A stretch of 64,000 nucleotides of DNA, taken from IMG/VR virus record IMGVR_UViG_3300042507_002066; one strand, given 5' to 3'. The notes below the pieces were generated by a model. It had not been told where the DNA came from, ran no database searches, and saw only the letters and a list, made by a program, of their open reading frames with translations. How positions within the stretch are numbered: position 1 is the first letter of the stretch; every line of letters starts with the position of its first letter. The DNA is from an uncultured virus (IMG/VR IMGVR_UViG_3300042507_002066) (lineage: Duplodnaviria > Heunggongvirae > Uroviricota > Caudoviricetes). Positions 1 through 9,617 of this stretch are shown in pieces. The position numbers and the translations under genes were made by a program.

Positions 1-612
1 AACTGCTGCACCGTCAGTTCTTACTTTCACACAAGCTTTCTTTTGATCGTCATCGAGTTTCTCAACACCGAGAGCTGCTTTACAACCTTCTTCCATCACC
101 TTTACATCGAACACTTCACGAGTGCCGTGTTTGGTACCTGGAATGTATGCAAGGATTGCTACTTCTGGAAGAGTCGAGTCGACTTCACTCCAGAGTTTTG
201 CAGTGCTCGACTCGTGTAGAGCGCTATAGAGTTGTTCGACTGTTAGATTATCGATATTAAGTTGATCGATGTTCGATGCAAACACGATACCGTCATAACC
301 AATACGAACCTCAGTCACTTCACCAATTGCTTCTTCACACTTGGCTCTTTCTTCATCCTTCATCTTTGAAGAACTATTTGCGATGTCAACAGTGTTTTCA
401 CCAACACCTTCGCAGAGCTTCTTACGGCCTGCACCCGAACCACCACCTTCAACTACTGGCGACGGAAAATCAAAATTTTCACCAAATGCCTCTGCGACAA
501 TGGTTGCATATGGTAGTACTGTAGACGATCCTGTTACTTGAACGTTATCTCTTGCAAACGCAGTCGTGGACGCCAAAGCAATAATTGCCGCCGCTGATAG
601 TAAAGCTTTCAT
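1..612 (-). CDS. pstS: Phosphate ABC transporter periplasmic binding protein PstS (runs off the window; absent from the ORF track)
   Basis: Manual translation from ATG 612 gives signal peptide MKALLSAAAIIALASTTAFA, then RDNVQVTGSSTVLPY...VEGGGSGAG...DIANSS...IGYDGIV (PstS motifs). GGAG RBS upstream. Confidence 0.9.
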   Translation of the reverse strand, partial: MKALLSAAAIIALASTTAFARDNVQVTGSSTVLPYATIVAEAFGENFDFPSPVVEGGGSGAGRKKLCEGVGENTVDIANSSSKMKDEERAKCEEAIGEVTEVRIGYDGIVFASNIDQLNIDNLTVEQLYSALHESSTAKLWSEVDSTLPEVAILAYIPGTKHGTREVFDVKVMEEGCKAALGVEKLDDDQKKACVKVRTDGAAV

Positions 613-674
613 ATAATTCTCCTTTGTTTAAATATCCCTATTCATTGGGGATATTACTATATTATATTGAAGAT

Positions 675-692
675 GTAACAATCGTATAACAG
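675..692 (-). promoter_or_regulatory. Pho box upstream of pstS
   Basis: Minus strand CTGTTAT-ACGA-TTGTTAC matches the PhoB consensus CTGTCAT-N4-CTGTCAC and is followed by a TATAAT -10. Confidence 0.7.
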
Positions 693-713
693 TTGGAATA
701 AATTTTTGTAAAA

Positions 714-1373
714 TTAATCCCAAAGTGAAAAATAATACTTTCCAAAAAGTCGGTGGCCGTTCTTGATGCGATCGTAGTGAGCTTTCTTACCTTCTTCGTC
801 TACCTTGAACGTATGGTTCGGGCCATATTCCATTCTAGAGTATTTGTCGTCTTCTTTTACAAACTTCCAATCAACCTCACCAGAGTAGAATTGATCGTCA
901 CCAGTGTCGTCCTTTGCGCATTGCTCGAATGCCCAGATCATCTCGTCGAGAACCCAGTCCCAACGTGCTTCGTGGTTATCATCAATGTCCCATTCATCCC
1001 TTTTTGGTGGTGCAGCAGTGCTACGAAGATGCTCAGGAACATCCTCATCATCAACATAAGGTGCACCGTGCTTGTTCTCTTTCAGCTTCAACAGCAAAGG
1101 ATGAACAAGCATTGCGATCGTATGATCCGCACCCCAAACATCGTATCCGTCAACGTGGATCTTAACCTTGCGTTGAGCTTTGTCAAGATACTTATTGATA
1201 GTTTTGTTATAGAGAGTTTGAAGGGCACTCTCGAGTTTGTAAGTAAACTTGTCCATCCAAGTATACTTGTCTTCATCCATATCCCACCATGTCTCGGCGT
1301 ACTTTCTATCCATCCAACGATCATGGACTTTAGAAATCCAACGGTAGCGATAAGGTCCTATGTATACACGCAT
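714..1373 (-). CDS. Hypothetical phage protein
   Basis: 219-aa ORF in a tightly packed minus-strand array. Confidence 0.7.
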   Translation of the reverse strand: MRVYIGPYRYRWISKVHDRWMDRKYAETWWDMDEDKYTWMDKFTYKLESALQTLYNKTINKYLDKAQRKVKIHVDGYDVWGADHTIAMLVHPLLLKLKENKHGAPYVDDEDVPEHLRSTAAPPKRDEWDIDDNHEARWDWVLDEMIWAFEQCAKDDTGDDQFYSGEVDWKFVKEDDKYSRMEYGPNHTFKVDEEGKKAHYDRIKNGHRLFGKYYFSLWD

Positions 1374-1375
1374 CT

Positions 1376-1558
1376 TTATCCCTCGTATTTTTCTTTTAGT
1401 CGAGCAAGTTCGGCTCGTTCTTTACGTTCTTTGTCTTTACGCAGCCATCTGATATAGATATCTTGGTCGTATGTACAATCCTTATTGCAGCATTCCCAAC
1501 CGATAGGACCACAATCGGTGAGTGGCTGTTTACACCCTTCACATACTAACTCAGTCAT
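1376..1558 (-). CDS. Small Cys-rich (zinc-ribbon-like) hypothetical protein
   Basis: CxxC...CC..xC pattern; ATGA overlap with the upstream gene. Confidence 0.6.
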   Translation of the reverse strand: MTELVCEGCKQPLTDCGPIGWECCNKDCTYDQDIYIRWLRKDKERKERAELARLKEKYEG

Positions 1559-2046
1559 TCGATTACCTCGTTTGGAAACTGTTCTGTTGGTACAAAAACA
1601 TACTCAGGCTTTTCTGGTTGTGTCCACGGAAACTCAATAAACACTCGGCTTTCACGACCCGTATAGTAGCTCTTATATGGTTTACCTTCGTCAATATCTG
1701 GCGATGAATACCATTCCCAAAACACTCGACCATCCATCCAGTATGGTCGCCCATCTTCATCCTTAAAGACAGAACTGTTACGTTTGTTCTGCCACATATC
1801 TGCGCTGACTTCCGTCCACTCGTCAGATTCGCCAGTCAAAGGAGCAATAGGTTTCCATGATGCGAGCTTCTCAAACAAAGCTACTGCATACGGTGCCGAC
1901 ATACCGCTGTGTCCTTGTTCTGAGAACACTTTGAGAAGCTCAAGCGTTCCTTCTGCAAGCCAACGGTTTGGTCCATCTTCTGGATCATTAATATCATATC
2001 CAGCCAGTTTAAGTTCGGCTTCCGCCCATTTCAACATGTTGCTCAT
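1555..2046 (-). CDS. Hypothetical phage protein
   Basis: Start MSNMLKW has a GAGG RBS and overlaps the stop of the upstream ORF. Confidence 0.7.
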   Translation of the reverse strand: MSNMLKWAEAELKLAGYDINDPEDGPNRWLAEGTLELLKVFSEQGHSGMSAPYAVALFEKLASWKPIAPLTGESDEWTEVSADMWQNKRNSSVFKDEDGRPYWMDGRVFWEWYSSPDIDEGKPYKSYYTGRESRVFIEFPWTQPEKPEYVFVPTEQFPNEVIE

Positions 2047-2231
2047 TTGCTTTCCTCTATTAGATTTTTCAAGCGCCACATAACGAAGTCATAGTCGCCA
2101 TCTTCATTTTTATACATTTGGTCATAAGCAGTTTGAAGCCCTGCGATGTATGCTTTCTTCATAAGGTCAAGCGAGTCTTCACCTGTATCAATATCCATAC
2201 TGTGATAACCAAGCCATTCATACCAGTTCAT
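2043..2231 (-). CDS. Hypothetical protein
   Basis: 62 aa; ATGA overlaps on both sides. Confidence 0.6.
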   Translation of the reverse strand: MNWYEWLGYHSMDIDTGEDSLDLMKKAYIAGLQTAYDQMYKNEDGDYDFVMWRLKNLIEESK

Positions 2232-2551
2232 TCTTTAGGCTTCTCATTATATGATTGCCAGGGAGTGTACCCTGTGGTGACAATTTTCGTGCCGTAATAC
2301 GGTCTCATAAACGTAGGACAGTGAATATCAGCACAGACATATCCCATTACTCCTCTAAACTCCATTCCACACTTTGAACATTTCACTGGAGGAGTTGGAA
2401 TACCGTCACGAGGATATGGAACATGAGGAGGAATTGGATTAGGTTCATCTTTCTTAAGGAGGTGCTGAATGATCAAAGCAACATCATGCTTGATATCTTC
2501 AACATCAGACTGAATCTTCTCGATTGCCTTATTGCGTTCTTCTTTATTCAT
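2228..2551 (-). CDS. Hypothetical protein with coiled coil and CxxC...CxxxxC
   Basis: 107-aa ORF coupled to its neighbours. Confidence 0.6.
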   Translation of the reverse strand: MNKEERNKAIEKIQSDVEDIKHDVALIIQHLLKKDEPNPIPPHVPYPRDGIPTPPVKCSKCGMEFRGVMGYVCADIHCPTFMRPYYGTKIVTTGYTPWQSYNEKPKE

Positions 2552-2913
2552 TAGTTAATATCCTCATCTTCCCATTCTTTGGTGTATATCACATTTGAAG
2601 GTCGGTTGTACTTTTCAATCAGTGGCTTGATCTGGTCACGACGATAGCCAGCAAGACCACAACCAATAGGAGTCAGTAGAAACTCATCATCAGGATTAGC
2701 ATATGCATACTTGATAAAGTCAGCGATGTGTTGCTCAATTGCTTCAAGAGTAAGAGTCTTAAGACTAAAGTCTTTGGTGGGAATGGCATATGAACAGCCA
2801 GTCCGACCAACACCTACACCATACTCTGCGCCGTAGCGCTCGTGTGCATACTTAGCTGCCCCGGCACCGTGGCGACCAGCAAGGTTAGAACCAAAGACAA
2901 AGATCTTAGTCAT
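2551..2913 (-). CDS. Conserved phage protein with macro-domain-like IFVFGSN..G.HG.GAA motif
   Basis: IFVFGSNLAGRHGAGAA, YAIPTK and LTPIGCGLAGY motifs. Confidence 0.7.
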   Translation of the reverse strand: MTKIFVFGSNLAGRHGAGAAKYAHERYGAEYGVGVGRTGCSYAIPTKDFSLKTLTLEAIEQHIADFIKYAYANPDDEFLLTPIGCGLAGYRRDQIKPLIEKYNRPSNVIYTKEWEDEDIN

Positions 2914-3062
2914 TTGCGTTCCTCCGCAATTCGAATTAACTCAGCCAATAGCAACAGACCAGCAGTTACTTCGGCAACCAGAAACCCTGCAGCCAATCCA
3001 CCAAATGCGATGACTCGAAGCACGCTCTTGGCGTATGATAGATACAGAGTAGGTATTTTCAT
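2910..3062 (-). CDS. Small membrane protein (50 aa, below ORF-track cutoff)
   Basis: MKIPTLYLSYAKSVLRVIAFGGLAAGFLVAEVTAGLLLLAELIRIAEERK fills the gap with ATGA overlaps. Confidence 0.55.
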   Translation of the reverse strand: MKIPTLYLSYAKSVLRVIAFGGLAAGFLVAEVTAGLLLLAELIRIAEERK

Positions 3063-3316
3063 TTCTGCACCGCGGTAAATCGTTTCATCCAGTCCGAATG
3101 AATTGACTTTTGACCCAAACCAGAAACTCTGAAGTGTGTTACTCTCATAGATTTTTGATTGGTGTATTGTTCTATGTAAATTTCGCCGTTTTCATCTTCA
3201 ACAAGTTCTATGGTTCTTTCTTCAATACCATCTACGAGTGCTGGATATACTAGATTAAATGTTGGGTGTGGCCAATCCCTAGTGTCTCCGGGTTTTTCTA
3301 TTAGATAGAGTTTCAT
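3059..3316 (-). CDS. Hypothetical protein
   Basis: 85-aa coupled ORF. Confidence 0.55.
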   Translation of the reverse strand: MKLYLIEKPGDTRDWPHPTFNLVYPALVDGIEERTIELVEDENGEIYIEQYTNQKSMRVTHFRVSGLGQKSIHSDWMKRFTAVQK

Positions 3317-3741
3317 TTATCATACTCCACCATTGGGCAGACCTTAGACTTGTACGACTTATACTTTGCAACGAACAGAGAGTCTGGAACTTCTTTGTTT
3401 TGGTATTTACGCTTTTCAAAATACTCGCTGAGGAACATTCCACATACAATTATCGTACCAAACGCAAAAATTACACCAACTACGCTACCTACAACCTTAA
3501 AAGTATCCCAAGGATTTTGATAGGCAACTACACCAATAACGAAAAGGAACGATAGAATACCGGCCGTGCCGGCCGCTGCGGCCACTAAACGAAACATAGT
3601 CACTCGCCAGTATGCGCAGAAGTTATTGTGCTTTTGCTCCCAAGTGTCTCGCATATACCATTCGTTATCACCACGTTCGTTAAAGAAGTGTTGATTCAGT
3701 TTATAGTGCCAAGAGTCACGATTTACTTTAAATGGTTTCAT
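3313..3741 (-). CDS. Hypothetical membrane protein (2 TM)
   Basis: Two hydrophobic segments; NFCAYW motif. Confidence 0.65.
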   Translation of the reverse strand: MKPFKVNRDSWHYKLNQHFFNERGDNEWYMRDTWEQKHNNFCAYWRVTMFRLVAAAAGTAGILSFLFVIGVVAYQNPWDTFKVVGSVVGVIFAFGTIIVCGMFLSEYFEKRKYQNKEVPDSLFVAKYKSYKSKVCPMVEYDK

Positions 3742-3905
3742 TTCACACAGCTCCCACTAATATATTGCATGCCACTTTCAATGCATTGCTTCTTGAACTC
3801 TCTTGTTTGTTCTTCAGTAGTCAGAATCATATACCCAACTCCCCACAAGAAGAAGATTGCAACAATTGCAACAAGAATCTCTACCGTATAATCAAGTAGT
3901 TTCAT
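3738..3905 (-). CDS. Small membrane protein (55 aa, below cutoff)
   Basis: MKLLDYTVEILVAIVAIFFLWGVGYMILT...CIESGMQYISGSCVK; ATGA overlaps. Confidence 0.55.
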   Translation of the reverse strand: MKLLDYTVEILVAIVAIFFLWGVGYMILTTEEQTREFKKQCIESGMQYISGSCVK

Positions 3906-4273
3906 AGCGAAATTTTCTCCATAATCTTTTCAAGTTTTTTCAAAGAAGGACTATTATAGTAATTCATCTCATTACGCATTTCCATCCGCAAATCAAATAG
4001 ATCTCTACGCAGTTCGCCATACACATGTTCAATGATTGCGTGTTTCATATTCTCGACTGCATGCGTGATCACTTCACCATCTGATGCTCGAATTAGATCT
4101 TCTGCAATCCATTCATTAGTACCAATAGTGACAATGATTGCATATTCTCTAGCAAATCTGGAGCGGTGGTCAATTGGGTCTTTGTCAAAAGTTAGCTTAA
4201 TCGAATGAAGAGGTTCGAAGATATGCCGACGATTGCCGGTTTCTACAGCCTTGAGATTTTCAATTAGTTTCAT
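3902..4273 (-). CDS. Hypothetical protein
   Basis: Start MKLIENLK follows an AGGA RBS. Confidence 0.6.
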   Translation of the reverse strand: MKLIENLKAVETGNRRHIFEPLHSIKLTFDKDPIDHRSRFAREYAIIVTIGTNEWIAEDLIRASDGEVITHAVENMKHAIIEHVYGELRRDLFDLRMEMRNEMNYYNSPSLKKLEKIMEKISL

Positions 4274-4283
4274 TCGGTTTCCT

Positions 4284-4538
4284 TTACGACTTTGTCCACG
4301 GAGTAGACCAATAAAAACAGAAGAAGTATAAGTCAAGTTGAGCATGTGGTCCATCATGCCAAAACCGATTAATACCAAAGATCTTCCACTTTAACTTTTT
4401 TCGTGCCTCTCTTCCAGTCTTACTAATCCAATCCCACTTAAAATAATAGAAGTAATGGTCAGTACCAAGAGTTACATCACTCTGCCACCACTCAATACCA
4501 TCCCGTTCTAGTTTGAACTTCCAAGGATACTGTTTCAT
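4284..4538 (-). CDS. Hypothetical Trp-rich protein
   Basis: Coupled ORF starting MKQYPW. Confidence 0.55.
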   Translation of the reverse strand: MKQYPWKFKLERDGIEWWQSDVTLGTDHYFYYFKWDWISKTGREARKKLKWKIFGINRFWHDGPHAQLDLYFFCFYWSTPWTKS

Positions 4539-4864
4539 TTTTCGATGATCCAATCCATATTCATCCAGTCCGTATCTTCTGGCATCATTTCAACTTCGCC
4601 TCCATATTCATCTTGTAGCCGCGACCAGATATGAGCATTGTTCATACGAAGGCAATACGAAGTCTTGCGGCACTGGTAGCAAGAACCAGTGGAACCATAG
4701 AAGTTGAAGCAGTGTTTGTCCTCGGTGACTCGAACAATACCACTGTTCATACGCCAAGAGTCACCAGTGGTGTAACCGCCGGACCAACCAGCAAGAACAC
4801 GATAGTGAGGATCATCACCTTTGAATTTGATCACGACCCAGTTATCAGGAAAATAGTTTCTCAT
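4535..4864 (-). CDS. Conserved phage hypothetical protein
   Basis: PDNWVVIK...YRVLAGWSGGYTTGDSWRMNSGI motif, familiar from large myoviruses. Confidence 0.7.
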   Translation of the reverse strand: MRNYFPDNWVVIKFKGDDPHYRVLAGWSGGYTTGDSWRMNSGIVRVTEDKHCFNFYGSTGSCYQCRKTSYCLRMNNAHIWSRLQDEYGGEVEMMPEDTDWMNMDWIIEK

Positions 4865-5151
4865 TAATAGTTCCTTGGCAACTCGATGTTACGAATCATA
4901 TCCAGCATCTTGTCTTTCGCCTTGCGGAACGTGTCTTGAGCCCAGTGAATCGTGTTTTCCCAGTCAGTCACTTCTTCAATCATTTTATCAAGGATTTCTT
5001 TCGTCTCAAAACCATCAGTACCAACTTCTCTGATGCGGTTGAGAGCATTTTCCTTGATCTTTTTAATCTCATTCTGAGCCTTCGTGTAGTCACGGGCAGC
5101 TTGTTCGAGTTCAAACGTAAGACGTTCAAAATTACGATTGTCGATCATCAT
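4864..5151 (-). CDS. Hypothetical coiled-coil protein
   Basis: 95-aa coupled ORF. Confidence 0.55.
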   Translation of the reverse strand: MMIDNRNFERLTFELEQAARDYTKAQNEIKKIKENALNRIREVGTDGFETKEILDKMIEEVTDWENTIHWAQDTFRKAKDKMLDMIRNIELPRNY

Positions 5152-5308
5152 TTAGCATCCTTTACTTTAATATTGCCGCAGTGATCGCACTGCAACGTAT
5201 AGCGATCACACGACCCTTTTGAAAAGTCGGTTTCATAATCAACTCTAAGTTTATCAATGATCTTCCACTTATGGATATGACCAAAGAAGAGTAGTTGAAT
5301 TAGACGAA

Positions 5309-5683
5309 TCATTCCTTCACCTCATATACTGGAATTCCAGCTTTCTTTCCTTGTCGAATCATATCAGCGGTACCTTTACCACCTCTAAAAGCTATTATAA
5401 CATGCGGTTGCCCAGATGTCAACATTAATTTATTGCGAATTGGTCCTGCAGATCTTCCATGATTTGCCCAGTCTGCAGGAAATGATAGAACCTTAAGCGA
5501 TCTCTCTCTTGCGTATTGATCTGCGAGAAGATCCGCCCCTCGTGCGTTTCCATGAATGATGACCAGAACTTTTTCTGCATTCCGGACTCCTTCATGTACT
5601 GCGTCAAGTACTCTTCTAAGTCGAACGGAGTCTGAATAGTCTCTGCCTCCGCAGACGAGGACTCGGAACTCATCACCATCCAT
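5309..5683 (-). CDS. SLOG/YspA-like (DUF2493-type) protein
   Basis: RVLVCGGRDY, IIHGNARGAD, GRSAGPIRN and GGKGTADM motifs. Confidence 0.8.
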   Translation of the reverse strand: MDGDEFRVLVCGGRDYSDSVRLRRVLDAVHEGVRNAEKVLVIIHGNARGADLLADQYARERSLKVLSFPADWANHGRSAGPIRNKLMLTSGQPHVIIAFRGGKGTADMIRQGKKAGIPVYEVKE

Positions 5684-5918
5684 CCTTGAAATTGACTCCA
5701 CGAATGAGTATTTCGATTAGTTTATCAATCTTATTGTTCACGTCGTCAACGTCGGTCACTCGCGTAAAACGAATATCATTCAATTCGTCAAGCAGATTTG
5801 ATACTTGTGCGTTATGTCTTGCGACCATCATAGGAACTTCTTTATCGGTTCCTTGCTTACGCCATTGCTTAACCTGTTCTACAGTGACAGGAGTATGTCC
5901 AATAATACTATACATCAT
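5673..5918 (-). CDS. Hypothetical protein
   Basis: 81-aa ORF in the array. Confidence 0.55.
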   Translation of the reverse strand: MMYSIIGHTPVTVEQVKQWRKQGTDKEVPMMVARHNAQVSNLLDELNDIRFTRVTDVDDVNNKIDKLIEILIRGVNFKDGW

Positions 5919-5919
5919 C

Positions 5920-6123
5920 TCAGTACCCTTGCTTGATCAAGAAGTTCTTCATAGCTGTAGCTTCTTCTGCAGTCATAGTAAAGCTGGCTCGTTGACTATC
6001 CCAACCGTTGTCTTCATTCGTAGTGATCATAATATCACCACCCGCAAACACATAGGCTTCTACGCTGCGGCCACCACCAGAGACTTCAAAACTACGATCA
6101 TCTTCAAAAACACGATCAGTCAT
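5920..6123 (-). CDS. Hypothetical protein, first gene after an early promoter
   Basis: GAGAGG RBS; promoter at 6153-6181. Confidence 0.6.
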   Translation of the reverse strand: MTDRVFEDDRSFEVSGGGRSVEAYVFAGGDIMITTNEDNGWDSQRASFTMTAEEATAMKNFLIKQGY

Positions 6124-6152
6124 GATAGGTTCCTCTCGTTCCTTATAGAATC

Positions 6153-6181
6153 AGTATAAACCATTTCGCAACGAATGTAAA
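6153..6181 (-). promoter_or_regulatory. Sigma70-type early promoter
   Basis: TTTACA-17-TATACT. Confidence 0.7.
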
Positions 6182-6188
6182 CAACTTT

Positions 6189-6839
6189 TTAGAGTTCAAC
6201 GTCCACGTGATCGTATATTCCTATACAATGAAACAGGGTTCTTCCAGATTTATATTGCATCGTATTGTGCCAATGACCAAAATACCAACTTTCCGGTTGA
6301 TGAAGCTCGAATAGTTTCTGCAAGAAGTCGCCAGTTCGAGTGTTGTATCGAGGTCCTTTTAGAAATCCGGTGTTCCAGAACATTTCAGTGGCGATGTTAT
6401 GCGGGCAGTCGTGAGTAATCATAATCCGAGGCTTGACTGCCAGATATGTATCTAACATCAAGTCAAACTGTTCATCCGAACACTCTTCGTCTTCCCACCA
6501 GTCAAGATCCTTAGTACGTTTGTACCAGCCAGGAGGAGCATCAGGGTTATCAATGCTCCATGCACCACCGATGAACATCACATCGTTCTCTACAGTGCCG
6601 TCCTTGATCCAGCCAACCATCTCTTTGCACTTAGCAGGGTTGTCGTGGTTGCCACGGATGAAGCGGTGAGTGCCATCAGAATGAAAGCTATTGATACTCT
6701 CGTGCCAATAGTCCGACTGACCAAAGCCTACGCCAAAGTCACCGATCTGAATCGTAGGACCTTCGAAATTATTAATGCCATATACTTTGTATTCAGCCAT
6801 CTGGCCGTGGATATCGCCAATCAGTCGTGTAAGTGTCAT
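6189..6839 (-). CDS. Calcineurin-like metallophosphoesterase
   Basis: GDIHG, IGDFG, GNHD, THDCP and FGHWH motifs. Confidence 0.85.
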   Translation of the reverse strand: MTLTRLIGDIHGQMAEYKVYGINNFEGPTIQIGDFGVGFGQSDYWHESINSFHSDGTHRFIRGNHDNPAKCKEMVGWIKDGTVENDVMFIGGAWSIDNPDAPPGWYKRTKDLDWWEDEECSDEQFDLMLDTYLAVKPRIMITHDCPHNIATEMFWNTGFLKGPRYNTRTGDFLQKLFELHQPESWYFGHWHNTMQYKSGRTLFHCIGIYDHVDVEL

Positions 6840-7051
6840 CGTTTCCTCATCTTCTCATAAATGTGGTAGCCCATCGTTCCAGGCGCATGGGTTGAAAACG
6901 TTGCTAGGATAAAGTCAACCTCTTCTGGAATCAAATCACCAGGAACAAACTCATCATCTTCAACGACTCGATACCCACGATCTTCGATTTCATCGATCAA
7001 GTCATCGTCATCGAATTCTCTTAGGCTTATGTCAATTGTTGCGTATGCCAT
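6836..7051 (-). CDS. Hypothetical acidic protein
   Basis: 71-aa coupled ORF. Confidence 0.55.
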   Translation of the reverse strand: MAYATIDISLREFDDDDLIDEIEDRGYRVVEDDEFVPGDLIPEEVDFILATFSTHAPGTMGYHIYEKMRKR

Positions 7052-7237
7052 CTTACACCTTTATCTGGTTAATCTTTTCTTCGATAACATCGAGACGACG
7101 CAACACGTCTTCGAACAACTCAGCAATCGTCGGCTCTTGTTCATGGATTGCCATAGGTTCGTACTGCTGAGTGTTCATATTATCACCTTCAACCCACATG
7201 ATGTCTTTCAGTTTTTTGATATACATGTCTCTTCTCC

Positions 7238-8338
7238 TTACGATTTGACTAGAGTAATTTTTTCAGAAGCTCGAGTGATTGCAGTATACAACCACCTTTG
7301 CCAGTCGTCTCGGAAACACCAAGACTCGTCATATATGAGAACATTTTCCCACTGCGAACCCTGCGACTTATGACACGTGATCGCGTATCCAAAGTCGAAC
7401 TCTTGACTTCCTTTTAAGAACTTCCAATCTGGAACTGCAACTTCTGAACTAAAGAAGCTCTTATGAACCTTTACCATCACAGGAAGACTCGTGTCGTCGT
7501 CTTCTGGATTGAGACTCATATTCAGAAAGCTAGTCTTATACTTTGACTCAAAGACACGATCCACATTAAACATACCGCCGTTAAAGATTGCTCGATCGCG
7601 ATCGTTACGAAGGCAGATGAGTTTTTCTCCTTTGATTGGATACTCATCATAGATCTTTAGAAGTTTGCGAACCTTTAAGTTCATCGTGTCACGAGTCGCA
7701 TTCCTTCCTACGAGGATCTGGCTCGCCTCGAGTGCATCAGTCGAGGACACCTTCGAAACGATACGAGAATCTCCGTAGTCACCAATGTCTGGTTGAATTC
7801 CTTGGCGAACCTGAGACGCAAGATAGACGATTGGATTGTCTTGTGCTTGACGATGGATCTCAGTCAACATAACGTCAGGCTTTGCTTCTGTGAAGAAACC
7901 AGCTCCTGAGACTGGAGGCAGCTGAGCCGGATCTCCTAGAACCAAGACAGGAACTCCAAACGAAAGAAGATCCTTCGCCAGTTCTTCGTCAACCATCGAA
8001 CACTCGTCAATGATCAAAAGAGATGCTTCCTTGAGCATGCTCTCTTTATTCAGACGCCACCAAACCTCGCCCGTCTTTTTGTCCGGTTCGGCGATATAGA
8101 TTAGACTGTGGATGGTTCTTGCACCTTCGCAACCACGCTTTCTCATTACGAGCGCAGCTTTACCGGTGAATGCCGCAAACAAGACGAGACCGTCAATGTT
8201 TTGAGCGAAGTGTGTGGCCAGTGTAGTTTTTCCCGTGCCAGCATAACCAAAGATGCGAAAGACCTGCTTCTTTTTTGATTCCGTATAGAACCATCTATCG
8301 ACCGCTTTAAGTGCGGTCTCTTGTTGTGGTGACCACAT
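7238..8338 (-). CDS. dda: SF1B DNA helicase, Dda/RecD-like
   Basis: Walker A GYAGTGKT, IIDECSMV, GDPAQLPPV, LTEIHRQ, YAITCHKSQGS, YTAITRA. Confidence 0.85.
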   Translation of the reverse strand: MWSPQQETALKAVDRWFYTESKKKQVFRIFGYAGTGKTTLATHFAQNIDGLVLFAAFTGKAALVMRKRGCEGARTIHSLIYIAEPDKKTGEVWWRLNKESMLKEASLLIIDECSMVDEELAKDLLSFGVPVLVLGDPAQLPPVSGAGFFTEAKPDVMLTEIHRQAQDNPIVYLASQVRQGIQPDIGDYGDSRIVSKVSSTDALEASQILVGRNATRDTMNLKVRKLLKIYDEYPIKGEKLICLRNDRDRAIFNGGMFNVDRVFESKYKTSFLNMSLNPEDDDTSLPVMVKVHKSFFSSEVAVPDWKFLKGSQEFDFGYAITCHKSQGSQWENVLIYDESWCFRDDWQRWLYTAITRASEKITLVKS

Positions 8339-8367
8339 AACTGCCCCTTATCTTACCATACAAAACC

Positions 8368-8396
8368 ATAATATCACACAACTAAAGGGTTGTAAA
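8368..8396 (-). promoter_or_regulatory. Sigma70-type early promoter
   Basis: TTTACA-17-TATTAT with TG extension. Confidence 0.6.
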
Positions 8397-8413
8397 TAGA
8401 TAAATACTAGCAG

Positions 8414-8635
8414 TTACAAATCTGCACCCGCAGCATCCCAGTGATAACACGAATATTTCTTTGGCTCATAGCCAACGTACGCCGTCTGAAAATATTCGTT
8501 GCTGACGAAAGACGCAATCGCATCTTCGCATTCTCTTTCAGACTCTAAAATATTTTGATTTGATAGTATGATACAGTTACTTGAGCTTATAGGATTGTCG
8601 ATAAGACATATCATGATCATTGCTGTAAACATCAA
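8414..8635 (-). CDS. Small secreted Cys-containing protein
   Basis: Hydrophobic N-terminus, four Cys. Confidence 0.55.
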   Translation of the reverse strand: MMFTAMIMICLIDNPISSSNCIILSNQNILESERECEDAIASFVSNEYFQTAYVGYEPKKYSCYHWDAAGADL

Positions 8636-8649
8636 GGGAATCCTTTCAT

Positions 8650-9201
8650 ATGAAAATAACCATGATTTTATTTATATTAACATTCTTAACTGCTTGCACG
8701 AATCCTGAATATCTTGCTAAACGTGAAGAAAAGCTTGCAAAAGAAAATAGTGAAAAGGTGGTTTACTATGCTAGTAACTACGTAGGCATGCATGAGGTAA
8801 CAGACAGAAAGCAACTAAAGAGTCTAATGGGTATGGATCCATCACGTTTCGAGTGGTGCGCCGCCTTCGTAAATTCAATTCTATCCACAAAGGGTATACC
8901 AGGATCCGAGTCAGTCAGTAATCATCCTCTCGTGGCAAAAAGCTTTTTAAAGTGGGGTGAAGAAGTTACTGAGAGTCCTCGACCTGGAGATGTAGTCGTG
9001 TTTCCGAGAGGAAGGCAACAGTGGCAAGGACACGTCGGATTCTTTGTTACTTCCTATGTCGACGAAGGAAAGATGTACTATGTTATTCTTGGTGGAAATC
9101 AAGGAAACGAAGTAAGCTACAAGGTATATGAAGCAAGAAAGGCCATCTCCGTTAGAAGATGGCCTACAGATGTGAACACAACAGTTATGACTATGAACTA
9201 G
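8650..9201 (+). CDS. Lipoprotein with NlpC/P60/CHAP-like peptidase domain (TIGR02594-like)
   Basis: Lipobox LTAC; WCAAFV, PGDVVVF, GHVGF and LGGNQ motifs. Confidence 0.85.
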   Translation: MKITMILFILTFLTACTNPEYLAKREEKLAKENSEKVVYYASNYVGMHEVTDRKQLKSLMGMDPSRFEWCAAFVNSILSTKGIPGSESVSNHPLVAKSFLKWGEEVTESPRPGDVVVFPRGRQQWQGHVGFFVTSYVDEGKMYYVILGGNQGNEVSYKVYEARKAISVRRWPTDVNTTVMTMN

Positions 9202-9548
9202 GTCAGCTGCGGATATTTGCCAACAGCGACGAAGCCAAAGGTATCGCAGACGAAGCAATCACCGCTATCGTCGATGAAGATATCACCGACAGAACTGGAA
9301 TAAGCACGGCCGATGCGCTTACCCTTGTAACGATCACCAATCCCATTCGAAACTTCGAACGCTTCGTCCAGGTCGGTAGTATCGATTTCCCAACCTTTGA
9401 CGTAGTGCTTCAGATAAGCTTCAGAGAACTTAGACTTATCAAAGCCGAACTGCATTCGGTTGCGAACCGTAAAAGCTTCAACCTCACGACCTGCGTTGAT
9501 AGCGATGATCTGATCGTCGGTCAGTTGGATCTGGTAGATGGTAATCAT
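9198..9548 (-). CDS. YodL-like protein
   Basis: TIYQI, LDEAFEVSN, SSSVGDI and DTFGF motifs; GGAGG RBS. Confidence 0.6.
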   Translation of the reverse strand: MITIYQIQLTDDQIIAINAGREVEAFTVRNRMQFGFDKSKFSEAYLKHYVKGWEIDTTDLDEAFEVSNGIGDRYKGKRIGRAYSSSVGDIFIDDSGDCFVCDTFGFVAVGKYPQLT

Positions 9549-9578
9549 GGTGGCCTCCTTGCCATTCCTTATATTATC

Positions 9579-9607
9579 AATCTACACTGATTCTAAACGA
9601 ATGTAAA
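9579..9607 (-). promoter_or_regulatory. Sigma70-type early promoter
   Basis: TTTACA-17-TAGATT; shares TTTACATTCGTT with the promoter at 6153-6181. Confidence 0.65.
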
Positions 9608-9617
9608 TAGAAAAGTG

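Noticed and set aside
753..1457. Long + strand ORFs antisense to minus-strand genes (also 5686-6159, 41260-41787, 42327-43013 and others)
   Set aside because: They overlap well-supported genes and have no recognisable motifs or RBS.
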